DNA from: the human T2T-CHM13v2.0 reference genome, Homo sapiens
Strand: one strand, 5' to 3'
Assembly (NCBI RefSeq): GCF_009914755.1
Contig: NC_060939.1
Length of the DNA stretch: 64,000 nt
The notes beneath the pieces were generated by a model. That model ran no database searches. It was not told the origin of the DNA and worked only from the letters and a program-made list of their open reading frames with translations. Of this stretch, positions 1-36,805 are shown piece after piece. How positions within the stretch are numbered: position 1 is the first letter of the stretch; each line of letters starts with the position of its first letter. Position numbers and translations under genes: made by a program.

Positions 1-1794
1 AATGAATTCAGTGGCTATATTCATTTCTACTCAGCCCCACTCTCTGCCATTCCCCCGATGTGTAAGCAACAGTGTTTCTACTATTGCCTCAGTGCAGGTG
101 GGAACCTGTTGGAATAAAACGTCATGCTGCAGAAAGCCAGAGTTAACTTGCAAGTCAATCTTCTCACTGAGCCCAATCATCTTTCTAGACAGCCTAAAAA
201 GCTACTTACTGAAATCAGCAACACCGTTAACTTCATTCACCAAAGTAAGGTCTCCTGGCCTTTAACCTTAAAATGGTTCTTAAAAAGGAATTGAAATACT
301 GATTTTCATAAAAATATCAAAGACAGTGAAGCCAACTGTCAAAATGAATTCAGTCCTAAAAATTAAAGTATGCTTGCTGAGAGTGACAGCAGCCTTCTCA
401 TGTGGGATTTACCAGGCACTCTGCACCCTGGTTCTGAGATCTGCACGGTACTTAAGAAAGAAATCCATTCCTTTCAGTTAAATCGTTTCAGTTAAAAATT
501 CCCGAGGCACCTTTTTAAAACTGAAATAAAACTAAATCCCAAAGACATGAGAAATAAATCACTTCATGTCTCTTGAGTGTTTTCCAATCTGGCTTCCAGG
601 AGGAGCTTAATTTGTCACTTCTAAAGAAAGCCTTCTAGCTCTTTCCATCTTATTTTACCAGGAAGTCCACTCGCTTCCTTCCCACAGTGTCTGTGTATGC
701 CAGGGTTAGCAGTGGAGTCTGCTGCAAGCCACCAGGGTCCAGGCCTCACACCCTGGCCAGGTCATCAAGCCCAGAGCACAGTTAGAGAGCTGGCGTGGGT
801 GGCCAACCAGCCTACACAAATGACAGAAAAAGGCTGCTTGTCCTAGGAAATTTCCTGCTTGTTCAGATTCAATGAAATCCTGCTGGATCTCTATGTCTAC
901 AAAATAATGAGCCCCCACTCATGGAGGGATCAGAATTTGGGTGAGCAGTGCCTGCCCCGCTCTTCCCAGGTTGCCTGGTGCAGAAGGCTGGGTACCCAGG
1001 AGAAGCAGATGAGGGTGGTGACAGGGATGGGTGCAGGTGCAGAACCCACTGTGCTGTGTGAGCCTGAGGGCTGGGAGGCCCTGTCCACCCAGGAGCACTT
1101 GTCTTCCCAGGAGACTGCATCCCTCAGTGACCTGCATGCATCAGGGGGACTGTGTCCACCCAGGAACCATGTTCAAGCATTCATCAGAGATTCAGGGGGC
1201 ACCTACTGTGTGCTGTTTTAATACTCAGGCACCAAACAGTTCCCTAATAAGATGACTTCAGGACAGACATCTGAAGAAATGAGGAAGGGAGTGATGTGGC
1301 TATTTGGAGGGCAGCATTCTTGGTCATTAGAACATCACGGTCAAACTGTGCCCTGGGCCTGTGTGGCTGTAGAGTCTATCGATGAGTTGGACAGGGAAGC
1401 CTGTGCCTGGAGTGTGCAGCATGGGGCCATGGTAAGGACGCAAGATTTTACCTTGGAAGAGACCAGACCATTGGCAGATTCTTAGCTGCAGAAATGTTCT
1501 CACAGTCTTTCATTTAATTAAAAGTTTTAAAATGTATCTTTCTGTGCTTGGCTTGTTTCACTTACACAATTACCTCCAGTTCCACACACGTTGCTGCAAA
1601 TGACAGGGTTTTATTCTCTTTTATGTCTGGATAATTTGTACATGGTAGAATGAATGCCCAGAGCTGTGCCCAGCTGGGTGAACTTCTTCAAGTGTGCACA
1701 TCACTGTAACCACTAGCATGATCAAGTAGATCACGGCTACATCAAGTTCATCACATCAGATGGCCCCATGCCCCTCCCAGCCAATCCCTCTGGC

Positions 1795-2406
1795 ATCATT
1801 TCCTACAAAGTATCACACACATAGTAGCTTAAAACAGTGCAAATTTACTATCTCACAGTTTTGTAGGCTGGATGTCCAGTAGGCTCAGCTGGCTTCTCTG
1901 CTCTGAGTCTTACAAGGCTGAAGAGGTGTCAGCAGAGCCGTGGTCCCTCCTGGAGGCTTGAAAGAGAATTGGCTTCCAGCCTCCTTCAGGTGTGCCAGGA
2001 CCCTGTTCCAGGTGGCTGGCTGTAGCACTGAGTCCCTGTTTCCTTGCAGGCTGTCAGCTGGAGGTCACTGTCAGTGTCCAGACACCACCTATGTTCCTTG
2101 GCTTGTGGCCCCTTTCTCCATCCCCAAGCCAGCAATGACTGATGGAGTCCCCTTTATACTTCAAGTCTCGGTGACCTCTTCTTCCTCTTCTCTCAGGGCC
2201 CTGTGTCTTCCTCTTTTGCTTCTAAAAGCCCTTGATATTACCTTGGGCCCACCTAGATAATCCAGGATAATCTATTTTAAAGTCACCTGATTAGCGACCT
2301 GAATTCCATCTGCAAAGTCCCTTCGCAGTGGTAACCAGAGCAGTGTTTGGCTGAATGTCAGGGAACAGGAATCTTGAGGGACATCTGTAGAATCTTGTCT
2401 TCTACA
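1795..2406 (-). mobile_element. MaLR LTR (MLT1E-like)
   Basis: MLT1 motifs cttaaaaca...tctcacagtt and ttgggcccacctagataatccaggataatct; ends ...ttctaca. Confidence 0.7.
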
Positions 2407-2409
2407 TGG

Positions 2410-3760
2410 CCCCTGTGCTCTTGAGCTCCATATAAATGGAATCATGCAGTAAGTGTCTTCCGTGTCTCTCCTGGTGTGCTCAGAATAAGGTCTCTAGTTT
2501 CATCTGTGTTGCAGCATGCATCAGTAGTTCACTGCTTTTAACCATTGAGTACTATCTACTGTGCGGATGCGCTGCAGTGAATTCACCTATTCACTCGCTG
2601 AGGGATATGTGCGTTACTTCTAGGTTTGTGTGATTATAAGTAAAGCTGCTACGAACATTCCAGTAAGTCTTTTTGTGGACATATGTTTTCATTTTTCTTT
2701 AGTTAATATCCAAGAGTAGAATTGCTGGGTTAAGGGCTTAAATGTATTTTTAATTTTGTAAGAAACCACCAAACTGTTTCCCAAAGTGGTTTTATTATTT
2801 TGCCTTTGTAACATTGGAAAGTTCTATTTTTCCACATCATTCTAATACTTCGTATTGTCAGCATTCTTAATTTTTTTTTGTTTTGGTGGGTGTGCAGTGA
2901 TATCTCATTGTGGTTCTAATTTCTATTTGCCTGATGACTAATATGAAAATTTCCTCATGTGCTTACTGGTAATTCATGTATCTTCTTCTTTTCTGTTTTT
3001 AAGTCTTTTGCTCACTTTTCTATTGTTTGTATTTTTATAATTAATTTGTGGTTGTAATTTATTCATTCTAGATACAAGTGCTCTATCAGATACATGTTTT
3101 ATGAATATTATTTCCCAGTTTGTGGCTTACCTATTTATTTTATTTTATTTATTAAGACATGGTTTTACTCTATTACCCAGGCTGGAGTGCAGTGGCATGA
3201 TCTTAGCTCACTGAAACCTCTGCTTCCCGGGCTCAAGTAATCCTCCTGCCTCAGCCTCCCAAGTAGCTGGGACCACAGGTGCATGCTATCATACCTGGCT
3301 AGTTTTTTTTCTTTTTTTTGTAGAGACAGAGTTTTGCCATGTTGCCCAGGCTGGTCTGGAATTCCTAAGCTCAAGTAATCTGCCGGCCTTGGCCTCTGAA
3401 AGTGCTGGGATTATAGGTGTGAGCCACTGTACCCAGCCTATTTATTTTAAGTGTCTTTTGATGAACCAAAATTTTTTGTTTTGGTGAAATTCAATTCATC
3501 ATTTGTCTTCCTTTCCATAGCCCTTTTTTGGCCTCTCTAAAACATGTTTGCCAACTCCAAGTTCATGAAGATTTTCCCTCCATGCCTTCTTCTAGAAGCT
3601 TTTTAGGTTTTGTTTTTACATTTAGGCCTAACCTGCCTTGAAGTAATTCGTATGCATGGTAGGAGGCAGAGCGTCAAGGCCCTCCTTTTTTTTTTTTTAA
3701 CATACCATTTTACAGTTGTTTCAGCACCTTTGTTGAAAAGACTTTCCTTTCTTCCCCTTG
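2410..3760 (-). mobile_element. Old L1M 3' fragment interrupted by an Alu
   Basis: Decayed antisense L1 3' motifs such as ccaaactgtttcccaaagtggtt and tatctcattgtggttctaat. Confidence 0.7.
3144..3438 (-). mobile_element. AluJ-type SINE
   Basis: Antisense Alu dimer with J-type gggctcaagtaatcctcc; tatttatttta on both flanks. Confidence 0.9.
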
Positions 3761-4413
3761 CCCTTGGTGCAGGCCTCTCTCTGGACTCCATCCTGTTCTG
3801 GGATACACGGTCTCTGTGTATGCTCATATTACCCAATCACTTTAGCTGGAAGTCAGGGCCTGCAAGCCCTCCAGCTCTCTTCTGGAGGACTGTCCTCCCC
3901 TAGGTCCTCAGAGATTCAGTACAACCCCAATCAGCTTCCAGCAGTACCCCACCCTGCCCAGCCCTTCTTGTTTTTGGAGAAACTGAATGACTTCTATTTT
4001 ATATTTGGCTCTGGCTGCTGTCTGAAAAGTAGAAGCAGTGGGCAAGGCAAGGGGCATAGAGCCTGGGCTGTGGACCCCCATAGAGGGGCTGCTGGGCTTC
4101 TGAGGGGAGCCAGCAGGATTTCTGATGACCGGCTGTGGGTGTGAGTAAAAGCAGTGGGAACTTTCGAGTTTTCAGACAGGAAGAGCAGCGTGTTTCCAGT
4201 CCCCTGTGGCCAGGGCTGAGATGGGCTGAGTGGCCCTGGAGGTTTATATGATGGCCAAGGGAGCCTGGTCCGGGAGAGCCTGGGAGTTCTGTGGTGGTGA
4301 TGTTGCCCCTAGGTTAGGGGAGGCTCTGGCTCTCCGCTCGCAGTCAGCCAGCGAAGTTCCACCTATTTGACATGTGGGCACGCCCTAAGATTTCAGTTGA
4401 AAACTATATTCAG

Positions 4414-10824
<6,411 letters not shown>

Positions 10825-13789
10825 GAAAACTATATTCAGCTGCTTCACAAAAATACTTGCAAATAGCTGCTAGAGCAGTGCCTTTACATAAAGTGCATTA
10901 AGTTAGTAACTGGCTCATGCATGTGGCCAGAGAAGTGGGTCAGAGGACAACCTGTGGCTCCCACTCAGGAGCCCAGGGGAGGACTTCCAGGGCAGGGTGG
11001 GGTGAGAAGCTCAACAAGATGGGCAAGTGTGCTCAGGGCTTGTGGCAAAGCTGTGCCCCTCACCTCTGTGCCCTGGAGTCCAGACTGGCTATTGGACTGG
11101 AAAGGAGGTCCTGCATGAGACTCCGGGTCTAACTGAGCCACCAGGGAGCCAGAAGCTTCTACAAGCAAGAGGCACGACGAGCAGAGCAGCCCGGGAGGCA
11201 CAGGGCGGAACAAAGGCTCTGCTCTGGGTGCAGTGTGGCTAGGACGCATGGCCAGGCCAGGAGAAAGTAGGGCCTTCCACAGCTGTTTGTTTCTTTGCTT
11301 TTGTATTTGATTTTAGTTTGCTTTTGATGAGATAATTTGCATTTTGGGTGGGAGTTAGAACTTACTCTCTCTGTGCTGTGTAGAATCGGTGCGTGTGGGT
11401 GTGCAGGGGGAATGGGTGGTAAATATGTTATGTGGCATGTGTGTGGCAGGTGTGTGTTGGGTTATGTGTGCACAGCCTGAGGCTCTCCATCATTCTGGCT
11501 CCCTCTATCGCAGCCACAGACATCAAGGACCCTGCATCAAAGGAATGTGGGGGCCACTCTGGACACACAGGGGTGTGCTGGGGACAGTGGCCACGCATCT
11601 GGTCACATGGGACCACAGGCATTTGGCACCTGAGTTCTCTCCTCTGAAACATCACCCTGGGCCCTCTGGGGTGGGTGGACGGCTGATTCTCCTTGGTGGC
11701 CTCTGGGCCTGCATCCTAACTGGGTAGGGCAAGGAGTGGCTCCAACTAACAGCATGGAAACTTCCCTGGCTGTGAGGGGCTTCCTATTGGGCAAAGCCAT
11801 TAGGGGGCGCCTCCGTGCTCACTTTCCAATGTAGCCTGCAATCATGGAACAAATCGATTAAAGCAGAGAACAATCAGTTATTTTTTCAGACTCATTTTCT
11901 TAAATGGCTTAATCTATGCCTCAGGCCACACAGACTGTTGGTTACGTAAGCAACTCCAGTGACTGCATTCCTGTGACATCGCTACAGTGCTGCATGCAAA
12001 AGCTGGCCTCTCTACTCCTGAGCAGACTCTGCTCTTTCCACGCCCTCTCTCCAGCCACCGGGGAGACTGTGCCACTGTGCCCGTGGACAGGGAGTGACAA
12101 AGGACAGAGCTCCCATTCTAACCAGTGAACCATTTCTGCTGGAGCCTGTGGGGAAACCACAAATGCCAACATCAACAGGCCTTTCTGTATACTCTTGGAG
12201 TCCAGTTTCCATTTTAGAAGAACATTATTAAAAACAAACCTAATTTACCACAACCAAAATTAAACAGCTAGATGACCTTCAACCAATGTCTCTGGTTTGG
12301 ATCCAGTGATCTGCATGTGGCCTCACATCCCCATCATAGTTGCTCTTTGCTTGCAATTTTTAGCTCAGTGTAAATGCAGAATAACCTATATTTCACATAA
12401 ACAACTCTTGCTAGATATGCAGGGTTGTTGTGAAACTTTGTTTAACTATTTTACCATCTTCATGTGCAAAGCTCTGGCAGGTATGCTTTAGCCTCAGGGG
12501 AGGGAGAGACGAAGTGGTGCAGAACTGAGGTAGGTTTCAGAGGCCTCCGTTATGAACACACACGTGACCGTGCACAGAGTTAGTAGCTTGAAAAATGTTA
12601 CATTCCCAACATGGGAGTCACTTCTTAGTATTGGTGGCTTTTGGAGTTGTTTAAAATAAATTAGTCAGAAATGGATGAATAACAAAGTTAACTGGATTTT
12701 TTAGTATGACTAGTAAAATGTAAACAATAGCAGATCATCTGTGTTCATGACGTTGAAAAAAATCCCTATACTGCAAATATGTACTAAGTCAGACAGTAAT
12801 GGAATTACACATCCTGCACCAAATTCATCTGTGTAAACTGTAACACTACAAAGCTGATGTCAACATCTGTCACATTAACTGTCTAACGCACGACTTCTGT
12901 TTTGGAAGTCAGCAGCCCTTTATTCAATTGGCAAAACCAGATACCCTCTAGGCATTAAATGGGTAATATTTACAAACACTTTTTTTCATGTGTGAGTTAA
13001 GTAATAACATTTTATTTCAAGATTAGTTATATAATGCTGACATTATATATCATATAAATCAGTTTAGAATTCTTTCATAAAAATTTTCATACACAAAACT
13101 ACTACTGTCCGCTTATTCCAGCAATGAAGTAAGTGTTTATCAGTGATAGCACAGTAAACAAATTCAAACTGCCCTGGGGAGTTTCGCTTCTGGAAATGGT
13201 GGAGTAGGTTGTTTTACAACAATACTGACACTGGAATAACTAGGAAACATGGCAAAATATAAGAAAGAGATCTGTTTGATGACATCAGAGAGTATAAAGG
13301 CAGTGAGGAATGTTAAGCTGAGAACTAGGAGAGGATTAGAGACAAGAGAGATAAACTAGCATTTGGAGTTACTTTCCCCATTGGGAATATTGCCAGTGAC
13401 AAAAGCAGTGGCTGAGAGGCTGAGGAGCTGAAGAGAGCTTTTAACAAGTCTTATGGATCTGGGCAGATAGAAACTAGTACTCAGGGCCCTCAATGAAGAA
13501 CAAACCTTGGCCAACACCCCAGGCTTTTGGCTGGGAACTTGAAGGGCTATACCCCAAGAGTGAGAGTAAACTAAAAACAAACTAGCCATAGTAGGGAATC
13601 AAGGCCAGCTTCAAATTACTTAAATACCTGATTGGCTTAAAGTGGCCTTGGATTACTAATGTCCTCACCCCAGTTGCCTAAAATAAGCAAACTTCACTTT
13701 CTCAGGAAAAAAAATAAAATCACCCATAGCCTAAAATTATATCTCAAAATCTTAATATATAATATCCAAGACCCAATTAAAATTACCAG

Positions 13790-14130
13790 TGGTCCCTTAA
13801 GATTAAAATGGAGCTGAAAAATTCCTATTGCCTAGTGATGTTGAAGGTGACATAATGTTCTAGTGCAATGTATTACCTTTTCTATATTTATATAGGATTA
13901 CATGCACAAATACTTAGTATTGTGTTACAATTACCTACGGTACTGAGTGCAGTAACATGCTGTACAGGTTTGTAGCCTAGGAACAGTAGGCTATACCATA
14001 TAGCCTAGGTGTGTAGTAGGCTGCACCATCTAGGTTTGTGTAAATGAACTCTGTGATGTTTGCACAATGGGGAAGTTGCCTAACAATGCATTTCTTAGAA
14101 TGTATCTCATCATTAAGTGATGCATGACTG
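13790..14130 (+). mobile_element. Tigger3/MER7-type DNA transposon fragment
   Basis: tagcctaggtgtgtagtaggct core and terminus ...cattaagtgatgcatgactg followed by TA. Confidence 0.75.
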
Positions 14131-14177
14131 TAGTCTAAAATAATTATATTTAATATGGTAGATGTTAAAGAATTTTG

Positions 14178-14583
<406 letters not shown>

Positions 14584-14760
14584 TCAAGAAAAGAGAATAA
14601 ATAAAGTGAAAGATAAGTTCAGAAGAAAATATTGTTTGAAGCAGACTTACAGACATGCAGACACACAGACACACAGTGGGAGGTGGAGGTGTGGAATGAG
14701 AGCTAAAAGCACAAGACCATACACATAAGCATGGGAAAGGGGCTTTTTGACACATGTGCA

Positions 14761-14886
14761 CAGAAGCTCCTCAACTTGCCATGGAGTTATGTCCCAACAA
14801 ACCCATCCTAAATCAAAAATACTGTAAGTGCCTATTATAAAGTTGAAAAATCGTAAGTTGAACTATCATAAGTCAGTGACCAGCTG
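14761..14886 (+). mobile_element. MER47/Tigger5-type MITE, internally deleted
   Basis: Termini cagaagctcctcaactt... and ...cataagtcagtgaccagctg followed by TA. Confidence 0.65.
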
Positions 14887-14950
14887 TAGCTGAGTTCCAG
14901 AAAGGAAGAATATACAGGATGGGATAGAAGCAATATTTTAAAAGATAATG

Positions 14951-20522
<5,572 letters not shown>

Positions 20523-21983
20523 AAAAGACAATGACTGAGAATTTTCTAAAATTAGTGAAAGATATCAAGCCACAGATCCAGAAGTGGTATGAACCCCAAG
20601 GAGCATAAATATAAGAAAAATGCAAGTCTGCATGTTATAATAAAACTGCTGAAAACCTATGATAAAGGAAAATATTTTAGAAACAGTATAAGAAAAAAGA
20701 CTACCTTGACTTTTAAATGGAAATAATAAAGGCCAGAAGAAAATGGAATATCTTCAGAGTTCAAAAATAAGTAAATACATACATAAATGCCAGTCTACAG
20801 TCCTATATCTTGTAAAATTATTCTTTAAAAGCAGATGCAAAATAAAAAAAAATTTCAGACACTTATCACCAGGGGACCACACTATAGAAAATACTAAAAG
20901 GTGTTCTTTAGGTAGAAGGAAATAATCTCAGATTGAAGCTCAGAGCTACAGGAAAAAATAAAGAACAACGGAAAATCATTATAGCCAAGTGGGTATTGAC
21001 CCTATAGAAAATAACGTTGCCCTACGGAATTTGAAAGAGAATCAAATTATGGGACAATATTAATATACAAGGCAGAAGGGGCTAAATGGTGTTCAGAAGT
21101 ACTAAGTTCCTTGAATTGTCCAAAGTATGGTACAAGTACTATTTTAAGGGAAACTCGATAGTCAAGGATGTATATCGTAACCTCTATCGTAACTACCAAA
21201 AGAATAGTAAAGGAATGTACCGGGAAGAAGCTAATAGAATAGAACATTAATAAATACTTTGATTTATACAAAATTATGCAGGAAAGATGAAAAAGGAAAT
21301 GACAGGGCAAACAAAAGCAAATAATGAGATGTTAGATCTATAACCAACTAGATCAGTTATCACATCCAATGTAGGTAAACTAAAATGCTTCAAGTAAAAA
21401 ACAGATGATCAGACTGGATTTAAAAAACCTTAATTTTACATTGCTTACATCTGAATCACAAACTGTCACAAAGGTTGAAAGTAGAATGATTTTAAAAATA
21501 TATCATGCAAACACTAATCAAAAGAGCTAATGTAGAAAAACCAATGTCAGACAAGTTGACGTTAATGAAAATAAAACTTTAGTAATGACAGAAAAAAGTT
21601 TATAATAAAATATCAGTCCTACAGGAAGCTATGACAAGTCTATTCTTAACTTCAAATTATATAAAGGAAAAATCGACAGAAAATAAAGAGAAATATACAA
21701 GTCCACGATCATAGTTGGAGGTTTTAACAAAGTGCTGTCAGTAGCTGATAGAACAAGCAGACAAAAATAATCAGTATGGATTTAAATCACATGAAAAATA
21801 CGATCCAATTAACATATACAGATCACTGCACCAAGAATCACAAAATCCACTTTTTGTTTCTTTGTGAACATGGAACGTTTACCAAAATTGATCATATGCT
21901 AGGCCATAAAGCAAGTCCCAAATTTCAAAAGGCTGAAATCATTCAGACTCTCTTCTCTGACCAACTGGAAGAGGACAGGGAAT

Positions 21984-22551
21984 TGTAGGGGACTGGCTGT
22001 GCCACCGTGCCCAGGTGACCTTCCAGGTACCAACAGAGACCCCACAGGCACAGGCTTCAACCGCGGTCTGAGTCTTGGCAGAATGCCTTGGGATCCTTCT
22101 GGCACAGGGGCAGATGGGAGGTCTGTCAGGCACTGCTCTGAGGACATCTCTCCCTCACCTTCTCTCTCCCCTGCAAGGCAGTCATCAGACAGCTCCACCT
22201 GGCCTCACTGTTCTGATGAGGTATGGGCCTTTCTTCTCCCACCCCCTCAGGATGGTAGACATGAATGAAAATAAAACTGTAATAAAGCGGTGAAACCTCT
22301 TAGCTGCAGCGCAGAACAGGCTCCCCAGCAATGGGGTCTTGCACAACTCATGCAGCACTCCATCCCTTTTGTTTCAGTGTCATGCTTTCTGGCATGTGAA
22401 ACAAGGACCTGGGAGCTGGCACCTTGGCTACTCTCTCCTTTGCTGTCTATGTAAGTAATAAACCGTCTGCATCTAAAACTGGCCTGTCGCATCCTTACTG
22501 GTTGAATCAGGCAGACCTTGCTCTTGCCTTGTCTGGTGTGTGCGCTTGACA
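21984..22551 (+). mobile_element. Solo LTR, probably ERVL class
   Basis: TG...CA termini, internal AATAAA, 5-bp TSD ggaat/gaaat; interrupts L1M ORF2. Confidence 0.7.
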
Positions 22552-22668
22552 GAAATCAATAACAGAAAGAGAAGTGGAAAATCCTTACATGCTGAGGAAT
22601 TAACTGGAAATGTATAACCATTTATATATATATGTGAAAAGAAGAGGCTGGGCCTCAACAATCTAAGT

Positions 22669-23170
<502 letters not shown>

Positions 23171-23418
23171 ATCTGAGTACCGATCTCAAACAGTTTTAAG
23201 AAATAGCAAATTTAACCAACAAATAAAGAAGGAAAAAAGGAGAAACAACAAGACCAAGAAAAGAACTCACAAATGCTGAGAGGGTAGATCTACAACCAAA
23301 TATATCAAACATTTATGAGGATAACATCAGATTTTAATGGAACAGACGACAAATGATAAAGAGAATCGATGAAGCCAAAAAATGGTTCTTTGGAAAGACT
23401 TAGAATAATCGATAACTT

Positions 23419-23823
<405 letters not shown>

Positions 23824-23966
23824 TTAAGCACAGGAAAGACTAACCTAAGGTGTTAGAAGTCATGACTGTAGTTCTAGTTACCTCTGGGGAGAAAGAAGGT
23901 GCAGTGATAGGAAGAGGGAAGGAAAGAGATTTCTGGCTGCTGATAGTCACAGTTTGATTTGATTTC

Positions 23967-30127
<6,161 letters not shown>

Positions 30128-31099
30128 GATTTGATTTCAATGATATTTGCACTGATGCTACATTTTCTGAGAATTCATTAAGTTGTACAGTTATGTTGTA
30201 ATTTCTAGAGGTATGCAATACTTCAATAAGAAACTTTGAAATATTTTGACTTTGTCTTATTGGCTTTGCTTTGTAGTAGGTTTTGCAGTGTCACTGTAAA
30301 GTGGCTACTTGGAATACATTTGATGTTAAAAAGCTGTTACTTTATAACAAAACATCAACAAGCAGGAACTGAGCACATGGGCATGTAGTTTTATATACCT
30401 GCACCATTTAGATTAGTCTGACCATTATGATTCACTCAGTACAAATTTAACATTAAATTAAAATCAGTGGTACTTATCCTAGAGGCCTGATTATAATCAG
30501 CAAAATAATTCATGCTAAAAGCTGCAAGATTGCAAGGTAAGCATTAATATTTCACAAGAAACCATGGAGAATACTATCCAAGGAGTCACCATGACTAGTT
30601 AGGCAGAGGACACATAGAAACAGAAGGAAGAAAACTTTCCAAATATCAAGAAATAAAAACAAAACGATGATAAAGCTGGCTTTTTCAAAGGGCTTCTCAG
30701 TGGTGTACTGGGTTGGCCCCAGAGGGACTTTGGCAAATCTAGTCCTCAAAAGTAAAATGAGAGAAAATGACCATTGATGAAGGGCATAAAATTGCATTTT
30801 GTATGGAAATATTCATAACTGTCCTCTGTTCAGGCCCTATTATGTTCCATTTCAGTGTTGCGGATACCTTGTTTCATTCATTCATACCACCATTTTATAA
30901 CTGCAGAAACTAAGGCTTGGCAAGTTAAACTACTTGGTTCAGGAACCCCAGCAGGCCAGAGAAGGGTGATAAGTCAGACTCAGGATGTTCTGACTGGCTT
31001 CAGCAAACTGCACAGAAACACATGGGCTCCATGCTGCTCCTATGGGTCCTGATTACAATCTGCCTCCCTGAGGTGGCTGCTTCCACCTTCTCCCCACGG

Positions 31100-31586
31100 G
31101 GTGGCCACCCTCCAAGATAGCCCCCAAGGATCCCTCTGTGTGGCCCCCTCCACTTTGTACTAGGGTTAGTCTGTATGACCGATGGATTATAGCCTATGTG
31201 ATGGGATGTCACTTCCGAGATTACTCCATGACACACTGTGGCTTCCACCATAAGCTGTCGCTTTATCTCTCCCTCATCACTCACTCTGAGGGAAGTCAAC
31301 TGATGCTTTACAAGGTTGCCCAGGCAGCCAGGGAAGAGGCTGTGGTGAGGCTCTGAGGTCTCCTGCTGACCGCCAGTGAAGAATTGAGGCCACCAGCAGC
31401 CCTGCGAGTGGGGATGGAAGAAGGTCCTGCAGCCCCAGCTAGACTGTAGCCTCGAGAAGGACCCTGAGCCAGTTACACCACGCTTGGATTTATGAGCCTC
31501 AGAAATGGTGTAAGAAATATATGATGGTTATCTTAGGCTGCTAAATTTTGGGATGATTTTTGTATGCGGCAATAGATGACTAGTAC
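31100..31586 (+). mobile_element. MaLR LTR (MLT1F-like)
   Basis: ctccaagatagcccccaaggatcc ... gctgctaaattttggg...gcaatagatgactagtaca. Confidence 0.7.
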
Positions 31587-31639
31587 ACCACAATATCAGA
31601 CTTCGACTAAACATTCCTGATTTAAAAAAAAAAAAAAAG

Positions 31640-32690
31640 AACTGCAATGGAATGACATACAAATGCACCAGAATGGCTAAAGTTAAAAAGACTGACAACA
31701 CTAAACATCAAAGATGATGGAGCAAGCAGGACTCTCGTATGTTGTTACAGTGGGAGTATAAAACAATATGAACACAATTGAAAAGGTCTAGCAGTTTCTG
31801 TAATACTCAACATACATCTGCCTATGACCTAGCTACATCTACCTGGGATCCAGAGAGTTCACTCATAGGTGTTTACCCAAGAAAAGCAAAGCCACATCTC
31901 CATAAAAAGACTTCTACAGAAATGTCTGTAGTAGCTTTACTGATAGTAGCCAAAGCCAGAAACCACCCAGATACCCATTAAATAGTGATGGATAAAAAAA
32001 CAAACTGTGGTATAGCCACACAATGAAACACTACTTAGCACACTTCATTCTTTCTTCAAAAGAAATGAACTGCTAATATACTCAACATAGATGAATTTCA
32101 GAAATGTGCTTGGTGGAAAAACCAGACACAAACCTTGCACACTGTACACTTTCATTTATACGAGGTTATGGAACAAGCAAAATCAATCTAGGAATGCAAA
32201 AAAAAATTGAGAACAATGGTTGCTGAGGGGTGGGCTGAGGTGGGGAGGGGTTTTGACCAAGAAAAGAAGTGAGGAAACTTTTTGAAAGGAAGGTAGTGTT
32301 TGATTTTTTTATTACAGTTTCAGACACAAGGTGTGTCTATTCGTCAATACCTATTAATGGCATACCTAAGGCTTGTGCATTTCATTGCACATAGATTTTA
32401 CCATAAAGAACCAAAAACATATTGCACTCCAGTTAATAATAGCCAGGCGGAAACATTTAAGGTGAAATGTAAGCTACGTATCTACAACTTACCTTGAAAT
32501 ATACAAAAAATTAGATGAATTGATGGATTCATGGAAGAATGGGTAGATGGATAGGTACATATATGTGACAAAGAAAGTAGGGTAAAATGTTAATTGTAGA
32601 ATCTAGGTGGTGGGTACATGGTGTTCATTGAGCAATTCTTTCATCTTTTGCATGTTTGAAAAATTTAATAGTATACTAGTGGGGAAAATA
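31640..32690 (+). mobile_element. Old L1M 3' end
   Basis: Decayed L1 3' motifs such as accagaatggctaaagttaaaaagactgacaac and gtagaatctaggtggtgggtacatg. Confidence 0.65.
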
Positions 32691-32797
32691 TTTGAGAGTG
32701 GTGGGTTCTGTGTGTGCATGGAACTATCTGTAACTTGGAGGAGCTAGAAAAATCCATTTGGACAATGTGTTCATGGACTCAGAAAATCAGAATATAA

Positions 32798-33300
<503 letters not shown>

Positions 33301-34168
33301 TTTTATTATTATTATTATACTTTTAAGTTTTAGGGTACATGTGCACAATGTGCAGGTTTGTTACACATGTATGCATGTGCCATGCTGGTGTGCTGCACCC
33401 ATTAACTCGTCATTTAGCATTAGGTATATCTCCTAATGCTATCCCTCCCCCCTCCCCCCACCCCACAACAGTCCCCGGAGTGTGATGTTCCCCTTCCTGT
33501 GTCCATGTGTTCTCATTGTTCAATTCCCACCTATGAGTGAGAACATGCAGTGTTTGGTTTTTTGTCCTTGAGATAGTTTGCTGAGAATGATGGTTTCCAG
33601 TTTCATCCATGTCCCTACAAAGGACATGAACTCACCATTTTTTATGGCTGCATAGTATTCCATGGTGTATATGTACCACATTTTCTTAATCCAGTCTATG
33701 GTTGTTGGACATTTGGGTTGGTTCCAAGTCTTTGCTATTGTGAATAGTGCTGCAATAAACATACGTGTGCATGTGTCTTTATAGCAGCATGATTTATAAT
33801 CCTTTGGGTATGTACCCAGTAATGGGATGGCTGGGTCAAATGATATTTCTAGTTCTAGATCCCTGAGGAATCGCCACACTGACTTCCACAATGGTTGAAC
33901 TAGTTTACACTCCCACCAACAGTGTAAAAGTGTTCCTACTTTTCCACATCCTCTCCAGCACCTGTTGTTTCCTGACTTTTTAATGATCGCCATTCTAAGT
34001 GGTGTGAGATGGTATCTCATTGTGGTTTCGATTTGCATTTCTCTGATGGTCAGTGATGATGAGCATTTTTTCATGTGTTTTTTGGCTGCATAAATGTCTT
34101 CTTTTGAGAAGTGTCTGTTCATATCCTTCACCCACTTGTTGATGGGGTTGTTTGTTTTTTTTCTTTTA

Positions 34169-34459
<291 letters not shown>

Positions 34460-34462
34460 CTA

Positions 34463-35139
<677 letters not shown>

Positions 35140-35142
35140 TTA

Positions 35143-35751
<609 letters not shown>

Positions 35752-35754
35752 TCA

Positions 35755-36805
<1,051 letters not shown>

